A stretch of DNA of 64,000 nt from a virus (Duplodnaviria > Heunggongvirae > Uroviricota > Caudoviricetes), in the IMG/VR virus record IMGVR_UViG_3300018065_000012; one strand, written 5' to 3'. The notes under the pieces were generated by a model. That model searched no databases, was not told the origin of the DNA, and worked only from the letters and a program-made list of their open reading frames with translations. The position numbers and the translations under genes are program-made. Positions 55,403 to 63,940 of the stretch are shown piece after piece (the first letter of the stretch is position 1; every line of letters begins with the position of its first letter).

Positions 55403-55412
55403 GAGGGGAAAT

Positions 55413-56843
55413 ATGAATGGATTGTTAGTTGGTGGATCAGTTGCCGCTATCGCTGTTTCAGTTTGGAGCTACATCAAAGGATTTTTCTCCAAGGTGCGTA
55501 GCTTATTCATTGTGAAGGTGACGATCAACGGGCAATTGTCGTCCGCTGTTTCATTCTATTGTTGGAAAAACATGAAACGGGTGCGAATTGGCGATAGAAA
55601 ATATGAGAGCTATAACACGTTTGTCCGGCCAAAGGACAGATACCAGCATGTAGCTTATGAACTCATTGGGCGTAGCGGTTTGATCTTTTGGAAGGGTTGG
55701 AGGTTTTTGCTTGTTGGCGAGGCTTCAACAAGTCGAGATCAAACCCCAGCTACCGAAGATACGGGTGATTTGAAGATTTCCTTCATCCGTGGTACGTGGA
55801 ATGTTGACACGTTGATTGAGGACGCCGTTGCGCTTTATAACAAATATATTATCAGTGGATTTCAAAAACGACGCTTTCGCGTGCGGCGTGCTTACGGAAC
55901 GTTTGGGTTAGCAAGAGGTCAAGATGGAAAAGTTTCACTCACGCCGCGCACAGAAGACGAAAAATCTGAAGCGGATCATTTCCTTTGGGACAAGCGATTA
56001 CTCACTTGGAAAGTAGACGACCTTGGGCAAAGGATTCATGATTCTGGAAAACCGTTTGAATCATTAGCGTTTCCTGATATGATTTGGACAGCAATACGCG
56101 ATATTGAGCGGTGGAAAAAATCAGTGGATTGGTACAAGGAGAAAGGCATTCCTTGGAAGCGAGGATGGTTGCTTTACGGTGTTCCCGGTACTGGCAAGAC
56201 TTCATTGGTCAGAGCAATTGGAGAACATCTTGACGTGCCTGTTATTTCTTTTACGCTTTCCAGTTTCACTGATCGTGAATTTCAAGAGGAATGGGGTGAC
56301 TTGCGACGCTTCACGCCTTGTATCGCATTGATTGAAGACATCGATACAGTTTTTCACGGTAGAACAAACATCACTAAAGGAGGCAATTACGACAAACCGT
56401 TGAACTTCGATGTGTTGCTCAATACCATTGATGGGATTCAAACATCAGATGGAGTGTTCACAATTGTAACGTCAAATTGCATCGAACATCTTGACCCTGC
56501 GATTGGCAGACCTTCTGGAAAAGGGGTTACAACGCGTCCCGGACGCATTGACCGCGCTATTGAGTTGAAAGAACTTGGCAAAGAGGAACGCCGTATGGTT
56601 GCCAAGCGTATTCTTGTAGATTGCCCCGAATTCATTGAAGAACAAGTACGGCTTGGCGATGGCGAAACTGGCGCTCAATTTACTGATCGTTGCGCGAAGT
56701 TGGCACTGGCTCAGTATTGGGGCGACAACGTGGATGAATTTATTTGTAATCACAGAGTCGCAAAGCGGGAAATAGAAGAGACGACGCATTATGAATACGC
56801 TGAACCGCCAGAAGCGCAGAATACGCCGATGAGCGCTGAATAA
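55413..56843 (+). CDS. AAA+ ATPase, BCS1-like family, with N-terminal transmembrane segment
   Basis: Walker A LLYGVPGTGKTSLVRAIGEHLDVPVISF; Walker B CIALIEDID; N-terminal LLVGGSVAAIAVSVWSY. Confidence 0.65.
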   Translation: MNGLLVGGSVAAIAVSVWSYIKGFFSKVRSLFIVKVTINGQLSSAVSFYCWKNMKRVRIGDRKYESYNTFVRPKDRYQHVAYELIGRSGLIFWKGWRFLLVGEASTSRDQTPATEDTGDLKISFIRGTWNVDTLIEDAVALYNKYIISGFQKRRFRVRRAYGTFGLARGQDGKVSLTPRTEDEKSEADHFLWDKRLLTWKVDDLGQRIHDSGKPFESLAFPDMIWTAIRDIERWKKSVDWYKEKGIPWKRGWLLYGVPGTGKTSLVRAIGEHLDVPVISFTLSSFTDREFQEEWGDLRRFTPCIALIEDIDTVFHGRTNITKGGNYDKPLNFDVLLNTIDGIQTSDGVFTIVTSNCIEHLDPAIGRPSGKGVTTRPGRIDRAIELKELGKEERRMVAKRILVDCPEFIEEQVRLGDGETGAQFTDRCAKLALAQYWGDNVDEFICNHRVAKREIEETTHYEYAEPPEAQNTPMSAE

Positions 56844-56870
56844 TGTTTGCGACGCTAAAATACTCCATCT

Positions 56871-56908
56871 CCCGCCGAAAACGGTGGCTTTTATGCTGGC
56901 GGGGCGGG
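56871..56908 (+). terminator. GC-rich hairpin CCCGCC ... GGCGGG(GCGGG) downstream of the AAA ATPase gene
   Basis: Inverted repeat 28 nt after the stop; weak T-tract afterwards. Confidence 0.3.
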
Positions 56909-57026
56909 CATCGGAATCCTTTCTTCTTTGCGTCTGGTACGTTGGCTCTTCCGTAGGCGAAAAGGCTCTATTGCATTAGCAAATCCACACCTTTTATAAA
57001 AATCAAGCAAAAAGGGGCGTGTCAAA

Positions 57027-57035
57027 TTGTATAAT
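57027..57035 (+). promoter_or_regulatory. TTGTATAAT promoter motif directly abutting start codon (leaderless candidate)
   Basis: GTCAAATTGTATAATATTATATG: hexamer ends 5 nt before ATG 57041. Confidence 0.4.
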
Positions 57036-57040
57036 ATTAT

Positions 57041-57292
57041 ATGAAAGTGTTTGCCAATATCATCGTTTGCCAGCGCTGTCAAAAAAAGCCTATTGATACT
57101 ACGGCAGTTCATTACTACGTAGGCGGCACGTCTGATTGTCCAAAAGAAATACACAGAGAATGGCCTTGTAGGAAGCTGTGGGCGATTGTGGGCGATCATG
57201 TTTTGCTCGAACAAGACGTAAATGGTTGCCCTTATTTTTTAGACCATATGATGATTCAGGATCATGAACAAGCTAAGCAAAAACATATGTAA
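57041..57292 (+). CDS. CPF-LEH family small Cys-rich protein
   Basis: NIIVCQRCQKK ... VNGCPYFLDHMMIQDH. Confidence 0.45.
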   Translation: MKVFANIIVCQRCQKKPIDTTAVHYYVGGTSDCPKEIHREWPCRKLWAIVGDHVLLEQDVNGCPYFLDHMMIQDHEQAKQKHM

Positions 57293-57551
57293 AAGATGCC
57301 TGAATGAAGCGGGAGAAAAAGGCCATTACCGTCGGTCTGCGGGAAGTTTTGAAAAAATGAAGACACGTTGGGATAGTTGGGATGGAAGATTGTGGAATGC
57401 GTTTCAAATTGATTGTCCTTACCAACCAAAAGATGTCTTTCCCGTTTCAACAGTCAAGGAACCACCAGAATGGTGTAAATATACTCTTGAACATTTGATG
57501 GAGCGGCAAAATGGGCGATTGGGAAGTGGCGGGAGAATTGCGCGAACTTGA
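57264..57551 (+). CDS. CPF-LEH family small Cys-rich protein
   Basis: MNKLSKNICKRCLNE ... PPEWCKYTLEHLMERQN. Confidence 0.45.
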   Translation: MNKLSKNICKRCLNEAGEKGHYRRSAGSFEKMKTRWDSWDGRLWNAFQIDCPYQPKDVFPVSTVKEPPEWCKYTLEHLMERQNGRLGSGGRIART

Positions 57552-57708
57552 TTCCAAGATCAAAAGACTGCGCGAGAGCAAACGAACAATGAAACGCGAT
57601 TGTCAAGATGTTTTCAAGCTGGTAAACAAAGCGAAACGTACCAGTAATGGAAAACATCTTGATGAAGCATTGTTGATTCTGTGCAAGTACGCTCCAAAGA
57701 GGAAATGA
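57511..57708 (+). CDS. small basic hypothetical protein
   Basis: ORF only. Confidence 0.3.
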   Translation: MGDWEVAGELRELDSKIKRLRESKRTMKRDCQDVFKLVNKAKRTSNGKHLDEALLILCKYAPKRK

Positions 57709-57709
57709 A

Positions 57710-57916
57710 ATGTTGAGTATATTAGTTTGTCAAAGATGTCGCAACCAACGGGGTATTGGCTGGTGCGCTTGGGACAGTATCAATTGGGAAGTATATGGTT
57801 GCGTCTCATGCGATATTGGAAAAGATTTTGCTCCAATCAGTATCAAAAAAGAACCACCAAAGAATTGCCTTTTTGAATTGGAGCATATAGTCGATTCGCA
57901 GGAGCCAACAGTATGA
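57710..57916 (+). CDS. CPF-LEH family small Cys-rich protein
   Basis: MLSILVCQRCRNQ ... PPKNCLFELEHIVDSQE. Confidence 0.45.
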   Translation: MLSILVCQRCRNQRGIGWCAWDSINWEVYGCVSCDIGKDFAPISIKKEPPKNCLFELEHIVDSQEPTV

Positions 57917-58407
57917 ACCTTTGGGAATTGTTTTTCCAGCATTTCAAAATCAAAGATGATCTTGTCTTGATCGACGATGACGACCAAATGCACGTAGGGA
58001 AGCTGGTAGACCTAAAGCTTGAAGGGTGCGCGCTTCAACTTTTTGGTAGCAACGCAAAGCCGAAATTCTTCAATTGGAAAGACATCCGTTTCATTTCACA
58101 TGACGGCTTTCCTGTCGAGCGGCTTCAAGGAGCAGACGGGAGCAAGCTGATCGAACAGTTAGACGGAAAACCGATTCATGAGTTGATTCACAAAGCATTG
58201 AAGTCGCCAAAAAGGGAAAAGCCAAAACAGATTGTGTTTGGCGACCCTTACCTCATTGAGAATGTTGATTGCAGATTGATCAACGGGAAGAATTGCGGAC
58301 CGGAATGGCGTGACGGCCTGTTTGAAGAATGTATTTGCATGAGAGCGCCGGACGGGGCTTGTGCCGAGTTATACGATTTCAGAACCATTTATCATTTTGC
58401 GGGCTGA
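57913..58407 (+). CDS. hypothetical protein
   Basis: ATGA overlap. Confidence 0.4.
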   Translation: MNLWELFFQHFKIKDDLVLIDDDDQMHVGKLVDLKLEGCALQLFGSNAKPKFFNWKDIRFISHDGFPVERLQGADGSKLIEQLDGKPIHELIHKALKSPKREKPKQIVFGDPYLIENVDCRLINGKNCGPEWRDGLFEECICMRAPDGACAELYDFRTIYHFAG

Positions 58408-58733
58408 TGAAAATTCGATATTGTATTCATTGCAGAGCAGCGATGTCTTTCAGAGCGCCAAAAGATGCTTTGCATTGTAGGTTATGTGAACGCCGGAAAA
58501 AGAAATCGGAAGAAGAAAAGCTTAGCAAAAAAGTTTGCAAGTCTTGTAGAATTGGGCGTGGCTTGAATTGGGATTGGAATAGCGAAAAGCTTTGGGAGAT
58601 CAACACTTCACGGTGTATGATTTCTACTGAAAAAGGAACGGTATTTGGCGGTGCTTTTGTGAATGAACCAGCGCCAGAATATTGTCCTTTTGTTTTGGAG
58701 CACCTGCTGGATGCTGAACAAAAAAATATGTAA
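58407..58733 (+). CDS. CPF-LEH family protein with extended Cys-rich N-terminus
   Basis: MKIRYCIHCRAA ... KKVCKSCRIG ... APEYCPFVLEHLLDAEQKNM. Confidence 0.4.
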   Translation: MKIRYCIHCRAAMSFRAPKDALHCRLCERRKKKSEEEKLSKKVCKSCRIGRGLNWDWNSEKLWEINTSRCMISTEKGTVFGGAFVNEPAPEYCPFVLEHLLDAEQKNM

Positions 58734-58929
58734 GAAATGTTGCATGGAAGACAATTCATATCGGATTTCATGGGTTGTGCTTGGAAGAAGGTTTGGTCAG
58801 AATTGGAAAAGAGGAGTTGCTTTTCCGTGCAGAACGAGATTTCCCAAATGGATGAATAGCTTGGACGGAATTCCTGAAAAATGTCCTTATCGTTTGGAGC
58901 AGTTGCTTGCTCAGCAAAAGAATATGTAG
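58711..58929 (+). CDS. CPF-LEH family small Cys-rich protein
   Basis: MLNKKICKKCCME ... PEKCPYRLEQLLAQQKNM. Confidence 0.45.
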   Translation: MLNKKICKKCCMEDNSYRISWVVLGRRFGQNWKRGVAFPCRTRFPKWMNSLDGIPEKCPYRLEQLLAQQKNM

Positions 58930-59128
58930 ACAGTGCAATAAGAGGTATCATGCATTTTGGTCAGCGTGGATAGCGCACGAAATTGAAAACGACCCTTGGA
59001 ATCAAGGAATCGTGTTTCCGTGTAAAGCAAAAACTTTCCAATCTGGATGGTGGGATAGTAAAAAAGAAATTCCTGAAGAATGCCCTTTCATTTTGGAGCA
59101 GACGCTTGCTCAGCAAAAGTATTTGTAA
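58907..59128 (+). CDS. CPF-LEH family small Cys-rich protein (TTG start)
   Basis: LLSKRICRQCNKR ... PEECPFILEQTLAQQKYL. Confidence 0.45.
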   Translation: MLSKRICRQCNKRYHAFWSAWIAHEIENDPWNQGIVFPCKAKTFQSGWWDSKKEIPEECPFILEQTLAQQKYL

Positions 59129-59324
59129 GCGTTGCCATGAATATGACTTTGGCGGGCGCATGGATGATCATCTGTTTGAAAACGAATGGGAACAAGGAAG
59201 CTTTTATTGTGGCCGCAACAGGCACACTGGTGGAATGTTTACAAGAGTCACTGATGAACCACCGCCAAACTGTCCTTTTTATTTGGAGCAGTTTTTGAAA
59301 GATGCTGAATCCGAAGGAGAGTGA
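59106..59324 (+). CDS. CPF-LEH family small Cys-rich protein (TTG start)
   Basis: LLSKSICKRCHEY ... PPNCPFYLEQFLKDAE. Confidence 0.45.
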   Translation: MLSKSICKRCHEYDFGGRMDDHLFENEWEQGSFYCGRNRHTGGMFTRVTDEPPPNCPFYLEQFLKDAESEGE

Positions 59325-59668
59325 GAATGGCATATCTTCATTGCCACAAATGTGATTGGGGTCAAGACGATTTCTGGTCCAAAGATGGTTACAATCCGTT
59401 TCGTCAAGACTTTATTGAGGACATGAAACATCATTTGTTTGAGGACAAAGTTTATGGCGACAAGTTTATGTTTGTAGAAATGAATTTGGTTCCTAAACGA
59501 GATACAAAAGGCTGGTATTGTGATTCGCGTAAATTTGTCGCGGCTCAATTGGAAAGAAAAGCAGCACAGATTTGCAACATGGCCGTGAAGACATATGAAG
59601 AATGGGAAAAGGTAAAAGATAATTTCGTTTGTCCTGAATGCGGACACGCTTGTTGGGACATCGACTGA
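59321..59668 (+). CDS. Cys-rich hypothetical protein
   Basis: CHKCDWG ... CPECGHAC. Confidence 0.4.
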   Translation: MRMAYLHCHKCDWGQDDFWSKDGYNPFRQDFIEDMKHHLFEDKVYGDKFMFVEMNLVPKRDTKGWYCDSRKFVAAQLERKAAQICNMAVKTYEEWEKVKDNFVCPECGHACWDID

Positions 59669-59684
59669 TAATGGAGAACTGCAA

Positions 59685-59906
59685 ATGACCATCCGTGAAT
59701 TCTTGAGGAAATACAAACCGGAAGAACGGACTGAAGAGTATGAAAAACTCAGAGCGGAGTTAGAGAAGTTGAGGAATCAATTCAAAACAGCGCGAAAATA
59801 TTTCAAGTACTTTATTGATCCAGATAAGGTCATGAGTAACAAAATTGAAATTGAAATGCCAACTTTGATTTGGAAACGGAAACGTGCTAAGCAAAAAGAT
59901 TTGTGA
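59685..59906 (+). CDS. hypothetical protein
   Basis: RBS GGAGAA. Confidence 0.35.
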   Translation: MTIREFLRKYKPEERTEEYEKLRAELEKLRNQFKTARKYFKYFIDPDKVMSNKIEIEMPTLIWKRKRAKQKDL

Positions 59907-60108
59907 AAAATGTCATGGGTACAAGTTTAAGAATAACGTGGGTGCTGGTCGTCAATGGTTTGAGGATGGGGGTGTTGCTTGCCCAAACTATCTTAGGAAA
60001 CCGGGACCGAACGACCATCAAAGAACGAACCCACTTTGGAGCGTGGACATCAACGGCGAGCCGCCAATTGAATGTCCTTTTTACCTTGAACACTTGTTGG
60101 AGCAGTAG
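59884..60108 (+). CDS. CPF-LEH family small Cys-rich protein (GTG start)
   Basis: VLSKKICEKCHGY ... PPIECPFYLEHLLEQ. Confidence 0.45.
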   Translation: MLSKKICEKCHGYKFKNNVGAGRQWFEDGGVACPNYLRKPGPNDHQRTNPLWSVDINGEPPIECPFYLEHLLEQ

Positions 60109-60109
60109 A

Positions 60110-60403
60110 ATGCTCTCACAAAGAATCTGTGAAAAGAAATGTAAATTGACTCAGGAAGATTGCAAATTCAAATGGGCAATCAAATATATGAGAAGCGACC
60201 CATTTACAGAATGGGCAATAACAAACAAAAAAACAGGTAAAGTGGTAGTCGAATTGACGCCTGAAAATTTTTATGAATTTGCAGGAGCACCTAAAGAATG
60301 TCCTTATGCCTTGGAACACCTGATGGAGACAAAGATTGGAAAATTCAATCAAAAAAGTTGGAAGAGTTGCAAAGTTAGAAAGAAGAGCAAAAGCCGTCGG
60401 TAA
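60110..60403 (+). CDS. CPF-LEH family small Cys-rich protein
   Basis: MLSQRICEKKCKL ... PKECPYALEHLMETKI. Confidence 0.45.
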   Translation: MLSQRICEKKCKLTQEDCKFKWAIKYMRSDPFTEWAITNKKTGKVVVELTPENFYEFAGAPKECPYALEHLMETKIGKFNQKSWKSCKVRKKSKSRR

Positions 60404-60546
60404 CTTTTTCAAAGTTTGCAGCATAATTTTGGCAATTGCGATACTTATGCTTATCAGTTTTCGCATTGGGCGTGCGTCGGTTCATGTTGAAGCAAAGAAA
60501 CGTGGGTTGCTCCAATATGGTCAGGCGGGAAATATAGGTTGGAAGT

Positions 60547-60903
60547 GTGACGGTGGCAAGTAAAGAGATTTGCAAAAGATGCTTTGAGAAATGCCCCAAC
60601 AGTAACTACAGTTGGTCTGAAGAAGCTTGGCGAATCGATATGCTAAATTGTTGTTTGTGGCCTCAGCACGTATCCAAAGAATGCAAAGGAAAAGATACCA
60701 ACAAGACCATTGCAGGAATCCTTGACGAATTGCGGGAAGGTTCGATTCAAGTGACCGTTGGGCCAAGTACAGAGCCAACATCATTTTGTCCTTTTGCTTT
60801 GGAACACTTGATGGAAACACGGGGCAAGAAAAAAGAAACAGACTACAAGAAGGAATTCACAAAGCGCGTCGTGATTACGGGAAAGCAAAAATATGCTGAA
60901 TAA
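60547..60903 (+). CDS. CPF-LEH family small Cys-rich protein
   Basis: VASKEICKRCFEK ... PTSFCPFALEHLMETRG. Confidence 0.4.
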   Translation: MTVASKEICKRCFEKCPNSNYSWSEEAWRIDMLNCCLWPQHVSKECKGKDTNKTIAGILDELREGSIQVTVGPSTEPTSFCPFALEHLMETRGKKKETDYKKEFTKRVVITGKQKYAE

Positions 60904-61234
60904 GAAAGTTTGTGAACGGTGTTATACAAAGCGTGGTTTCAATTGGAGCAGCTTCGTGTTTGAATTTCCAGACTTGCATATATTGACTGATCTACACATC
61001 CGACATGAGCAGGGACAAACAAAAATGGAACTTGGGTTTTTCCGAAACTGTTGGGTTGCGGATGACCTTTGGGATAAAAGAAATCAAGTGCTTTGTGTAA
61101 AACACATCCAAGGGTTAGACTCTTTGGGTTTGCATAATGGGGCAATCGTTTTAGACGTTGGCGGGAAAATCCCGCCCGGTTGCGATTATTGTCTTGAACA
61201 TTTGATGAAGGAACAAGAATATGAAGTGGGATGA
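60893..61234 (+). CDS. CPF-LEH family small Cys-rich protein
   Basis: MLNKKVCERCYTK ... PPGCDYCLEHLMKEQE. Confidence 0.45.
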   Translation: MLNKKVCERCYTKRGFNWSSFVFEFPDLHILTDLHIRHEQGQTKMELGFFRNCWVADDLWDKRNQVLCVKHIQGLDSLGLHNGAIVLDVGGKIPPGCDYCLEHLMKEQEYEVG

Positions 61235-61808
61235 AACGATCGCAACACAATGTCGTTACGGCGATATAGCAGGACGCATTTGGAGTGATTGGGAGATCAT
61301 CTGGGAAGACAGTGAAGCCGATTATCAAGGCCATGCGTCTATCGTCGCAACCAAAGATGGAAAGTGGGCTTTATATGAATGGTGGTACGGTTCTTGTTCC
61401 GGTTGTGATGGCTGGGAGAGCGATGGTAAGGACGAAGACGAAATTGAAGCTGAAATGCGCAAGGATGCTTTGTGGTTTGATGATTTCAAAGCATTCTGCG
61501 ATTGGTTTACAGGTCTCAAAGGTGATTTCCGCAGCAACGCCGATATGAATCGCGGCGGTGGCGGGATGGTTTTCGGTTTGGACCTTATGTCTGGCGGTTT
61601 GAAAACTCGCGTTGCTGGGATGAAAGATATTGCAATGGCCGCAGGATGTGCTTACATTTCGCGTCAGCCAAAACATGAAATTATTTGCAAGAAATGCAAA
61701 AAGTATTCTGACGTTGAGTTGCCGCATGAAATGACGCCGCAAGAAACGCCAGAGTGGTGTCCGTATCAGCTCGAACACTTAATGAAAGCGCAGGGGGAAA
61801 GCGAATGA
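61221..61808 (+). CDS. 195-aa protein with C-terminal CPF-LEH module
   Basis: C-terminal EIICKKCKKYS ... TPEWCPYQLEHLMKAQ; Trp/Asp-rich N-terminal domain with CSGCDGW. Confidence 0.4.
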   Translation: MKWDETIATQCRYGDIAGRIWSDWEIIWEDSEADYQGHASIVATKDGKWALYEWWYGSCSGCDGWESDGKDEDEIEAEMRKDALWFDDFKAFCDWFTGLKGDFRSNADMNRGGGGMVFGLDLMSGGLKTRVAGMKDIAMAAGCAYISRQPKHEIICKKCKKYSDVELPHEMTPQETPEWCPYQLEHLMKAQGESE

Positions 61809-62518
61809 AAGGTGTAATTTTGGCAGGAGGATCAGGTAGCCGTTTGTTTCCGCTTACCCGTGTTAGCAACAAGCATTTATTGCCTGTTGGAAAACAACCG
61901 ATGATTTTCTGGTCCATCCAAAGCTTGATGGAAGCTGGTATCTTTGAAATTCTTATTGTGACCGGCAAAGGGCATATGGGCGATATGGTCGACATGCTTG
62001 GCTCAGGTGTTGAGTTTGGCGCTGAATTTACTTACAAGGTTCAAGATGAAGCTGGCGGTATTGCTCAAGCGCTGGGCTTGGCAAGGGACTTCGTCGGCGA
62101 GAATAACCGCGTGGTGGTTATTTTGGGCGATAACGTTTTTCAGGATGACATTGAACCGTATGTAGAGGCGTTCCAGAAGCAAAAAACAGGGGCAAAGGTT
62201 CTGCTCAAAGAGGTTCCTGACCCCAAACGTTATGGAGTGGCCGAGATTGTTCCAAATCGTATCATTTCGATTGAAGAGAAGCCTTCAAAACCTAAGTCAA
62301 ACTACGCTGTGACGGGCATCTATTTTTACGACGAAAAGGTGTTTGATGTAGTTTCAACGCTCAAGCCTTCAGGCCGTGGGGAGTTGGAAATCACAGATGT
62401 CAACAATTGGTATATCCAACGTGGTGAAATGACTTATGATTTGTTGAAGGGCTGGTGGACAGACGCAGGAACGTTTGAGAGTTATCATCATGCAAACAAG
62501 TTGGCCATGGAAGGCTGA
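61805..62518 (+). CDS. rmlA: glucose-1-phosphate thymidylyltransferase (RmlA-like sugar nucleotidyltransferase)
   Basis: MKGVILAGGSGSRLFPLTRVSNKHLLPVGKQPMIFWSIQSLMEAGI ... YGVAE matches the RmlA/RfbA signature. Confidence 0.8.
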   Translation: MKGVILAGGSGSRLFPLTRVSNKHLLPVGKQPMIFWSIQSLMEAGIFEILIVTGKGHMGDMVDMLGSGVEFGAEFTYKVQDEAGGIAQALGLARDFVGENNRVVVILGDNVFQDDIEPYVEAFQKQKTGAKVLLKEVPDPKRYGVAEIVPNRIISIEEKPSKPKSNYAVTGIYFYDEKVFDVVSTLKPSGRGELEITDVNNWYIQRGEMTYDLLKGWWTDAGTFESYHHANKLAMEG

Positions 62519-62533
62519 TCGGGAACCACACGA

Positions 62534-63121
62534 ATGCTGAGCAAAGAGATTTGCAAAAAATGTATTGAGGAAATTGCGCCACCGTGTAAAGATTTCAAAG
62601 GTTGGACGCACAGAAGAACTTTATTACCCGATGAAGAAGTTTGGAATGATTGGTGGGATAAACAATTCATGTTTCATTGTCCTATGACTAAAATGCAAGG
62701 GGTTTCAATTTTTGATGCCGCTCCGCAAGAATGCCCGTATTGCTTGGAGCAATTGATGACAAAGCAAACTATAAAGCATCGCAAGCAAACGGTGATTATG
62801 TATCTACGTTTTTGTTACGGAAGAGTCAAAAGTTTTTGGAATGAGCATTGGGGAAAATTTTCGCTTGGTTCGTTCTTGTTTCTTTTAGCTTCCCTTTTGA
62901 TTTTTTTAATTGTATTGGAAGCGAAAGAGGAGGAAAGGTGCAAAGCAGAAGGATTGATATATGTCAATGAGAGCGATGAAAAAGAATTACGAGACAAAAT
63001 CCATCAACTCGAAAAGCGGTTGGGAGAACTTGAGAGGAAAGAATCTGGTAAAGTGTTGCCTGAATTGCTTGAGACAACACGTGTACGACGGGGAGGAAGA
63101 GTGGACGTGGATGGAGGATGA
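62534..63121 (+). CDS. CPF-LEH module fused to transmembrane helix and C-terminal coiled coil
   Basis: MLSKEICKKCIEE ... PQECPYCLEQLMTKQ then FSLGSFLFLLASLLIFLIVL then Glu/Lys-rich helix. Confidence 0.4.
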   Translation: MLSKEICKKCIEEIAPPCKDFKGWTHRRTLLPDEEVWNDWWDKQFMFHCPMTKMQGVSIFDAAPQECPYCLEQLMTKQTIKHRKQTVIMYLRFCYGRVKSFWNEHWGKFSLGSFLFLLASLLIFLIVLEAKEEERCKAEGLIYVNESDEKELRDKIHQLEKRLGELERKESGKVLPELLETTRVRRGGRVDVDGG

Positions 63122-63239
63122 TATTTGGGTTGCTTATCGAGGGTTTTGTCCTCTTCAGTGGAAGAAAGAGGAGCTTCCCGAAAAGTGTTATTACTATTTG
63201 GAACGGTTGATGCTTGATGCTGAGCAAACGGGTTTGTAA
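63030..63239 (+). CDS. CPF-LEH family small Cys-rich protein (TTG start, uncertain)
   Basis: LVKCCLNCLRQ ... PEKCYYYLERLMLDAEQTGL. Confidence 0.35.
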   Translation: MRGKNLVKCCLNCLRQHVYDGEEEWTWMEDDIWVAYRGFCPLQWKKEELPEKCYYYLERLMLDAEQTGL

Positions 63240-63525
63240 ATCTTGTGCTGAGCGAAATCGCAAATGGTCTTCCAACGACGAAGAATATTGGAAGAAAGGT
63301 TTGGTGCGTTGTCGATTCAAAGAACCGGGAATTCAACGAACTAATGATACCTGTTTTGGTGCTTACCATTGGGATTCAGTTGATTGTGTCGATTGTTCCA
63401 AGAAACGTAAAAATGCTTGCATCCGCTACAAGGATGGAATGCGGTTTATCAAAAGAGCGCCACCGAAATCGTGTGAATATAAGTTGGAGCATCTTGTAGA
63501 TGGAAACGATCATCTGTCGCAATAG
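63217..63525 (+). CDS. CPF-LEH family small Cys-rich protein
   Basis: MLSKRVCKSCAER ... PKSCEYKLEHLVDGND. Confidence 0.45.
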   Translation: MLSKRVCKSCAERNRKWSSNDEEYWKKGLVRCRFKEPGIQRTNDTCFGAYHWDSVDCVDCSKKRKNACIRYKDGMRFIKRAPPKSCEYKLEHLVDGNDHLSQ

Positions 63526-63940
63526 ACAAGTGTGTAACCTTTGCCCTGATTCTTATTCTTGCATCGGGGTGATACCGCCAAAGGATTGTAAGCTGCTTCA
63601 TGTTCATACGCTGTCTGAAAACTTCATTGAAAAGCGTTCGCGTCAAACTGGAAAAACAACAGACTTGATCAGACAAGCTTTTGAATTCTACAATAAGGGT
63701 AAGAATGTCTGTATTGTGACTATAACTGAAGATATGAAATATCATATCATAAGAAATTTTAAGCTTCACTTTGTCCAACGAGGCAGGTTCTATATTGTTC
63801 AAGCGAGAGAATTTGGACAATGGGCTGTTAGAAATTCCGGGTTTCATATCTTCGCTGATGAATTGACGCCAAAGCAATTGGAGGAGTATATTTTTCCTAA
63901 CATGGACAGTCATCATTTTGAAAAAGGGTATTACAGCTGA
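63500..63940 (+). CDS. hypothetical protein with P-loop-like motif
   Basis: KRSRQTGKTT (Walker A-like, reminiscent of the terminase large-subunit SRQxGKT) and CIVTITED (Walker B-like). Too short for a full terminase. Confidence 0.3.
   Translation: METIICRNRQVCNLCPDSYSCIGVIPPKDCKLLHVHTLSENFIEKRSRQTGKTTDLIRQAFEFYNKGKNVCIVTITEDMKYHIIRNFKLHFVQRGRFYIVQAREFGQWAVRNSGFHIFADELTPKQLEEYIFPNMDSHHFEKGYYS

Noticed and set aside
60336-60563. 75-aa ORF with a hydrophobic segment overlapping the 3' end of gene 60110-60403
   Set aside because: Overlaps a family member by ~70 nt in another frame and has no RBS. Possibly real but unsupported.
61371-61778. 135-aa minus-strand ORF, and other minus-strand ORFs of 60-200 aa throughout
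   Set aside because: All overlap + strand genes that carry recognisable domains or family motifs. None has an independent intergenic location or an RBS.
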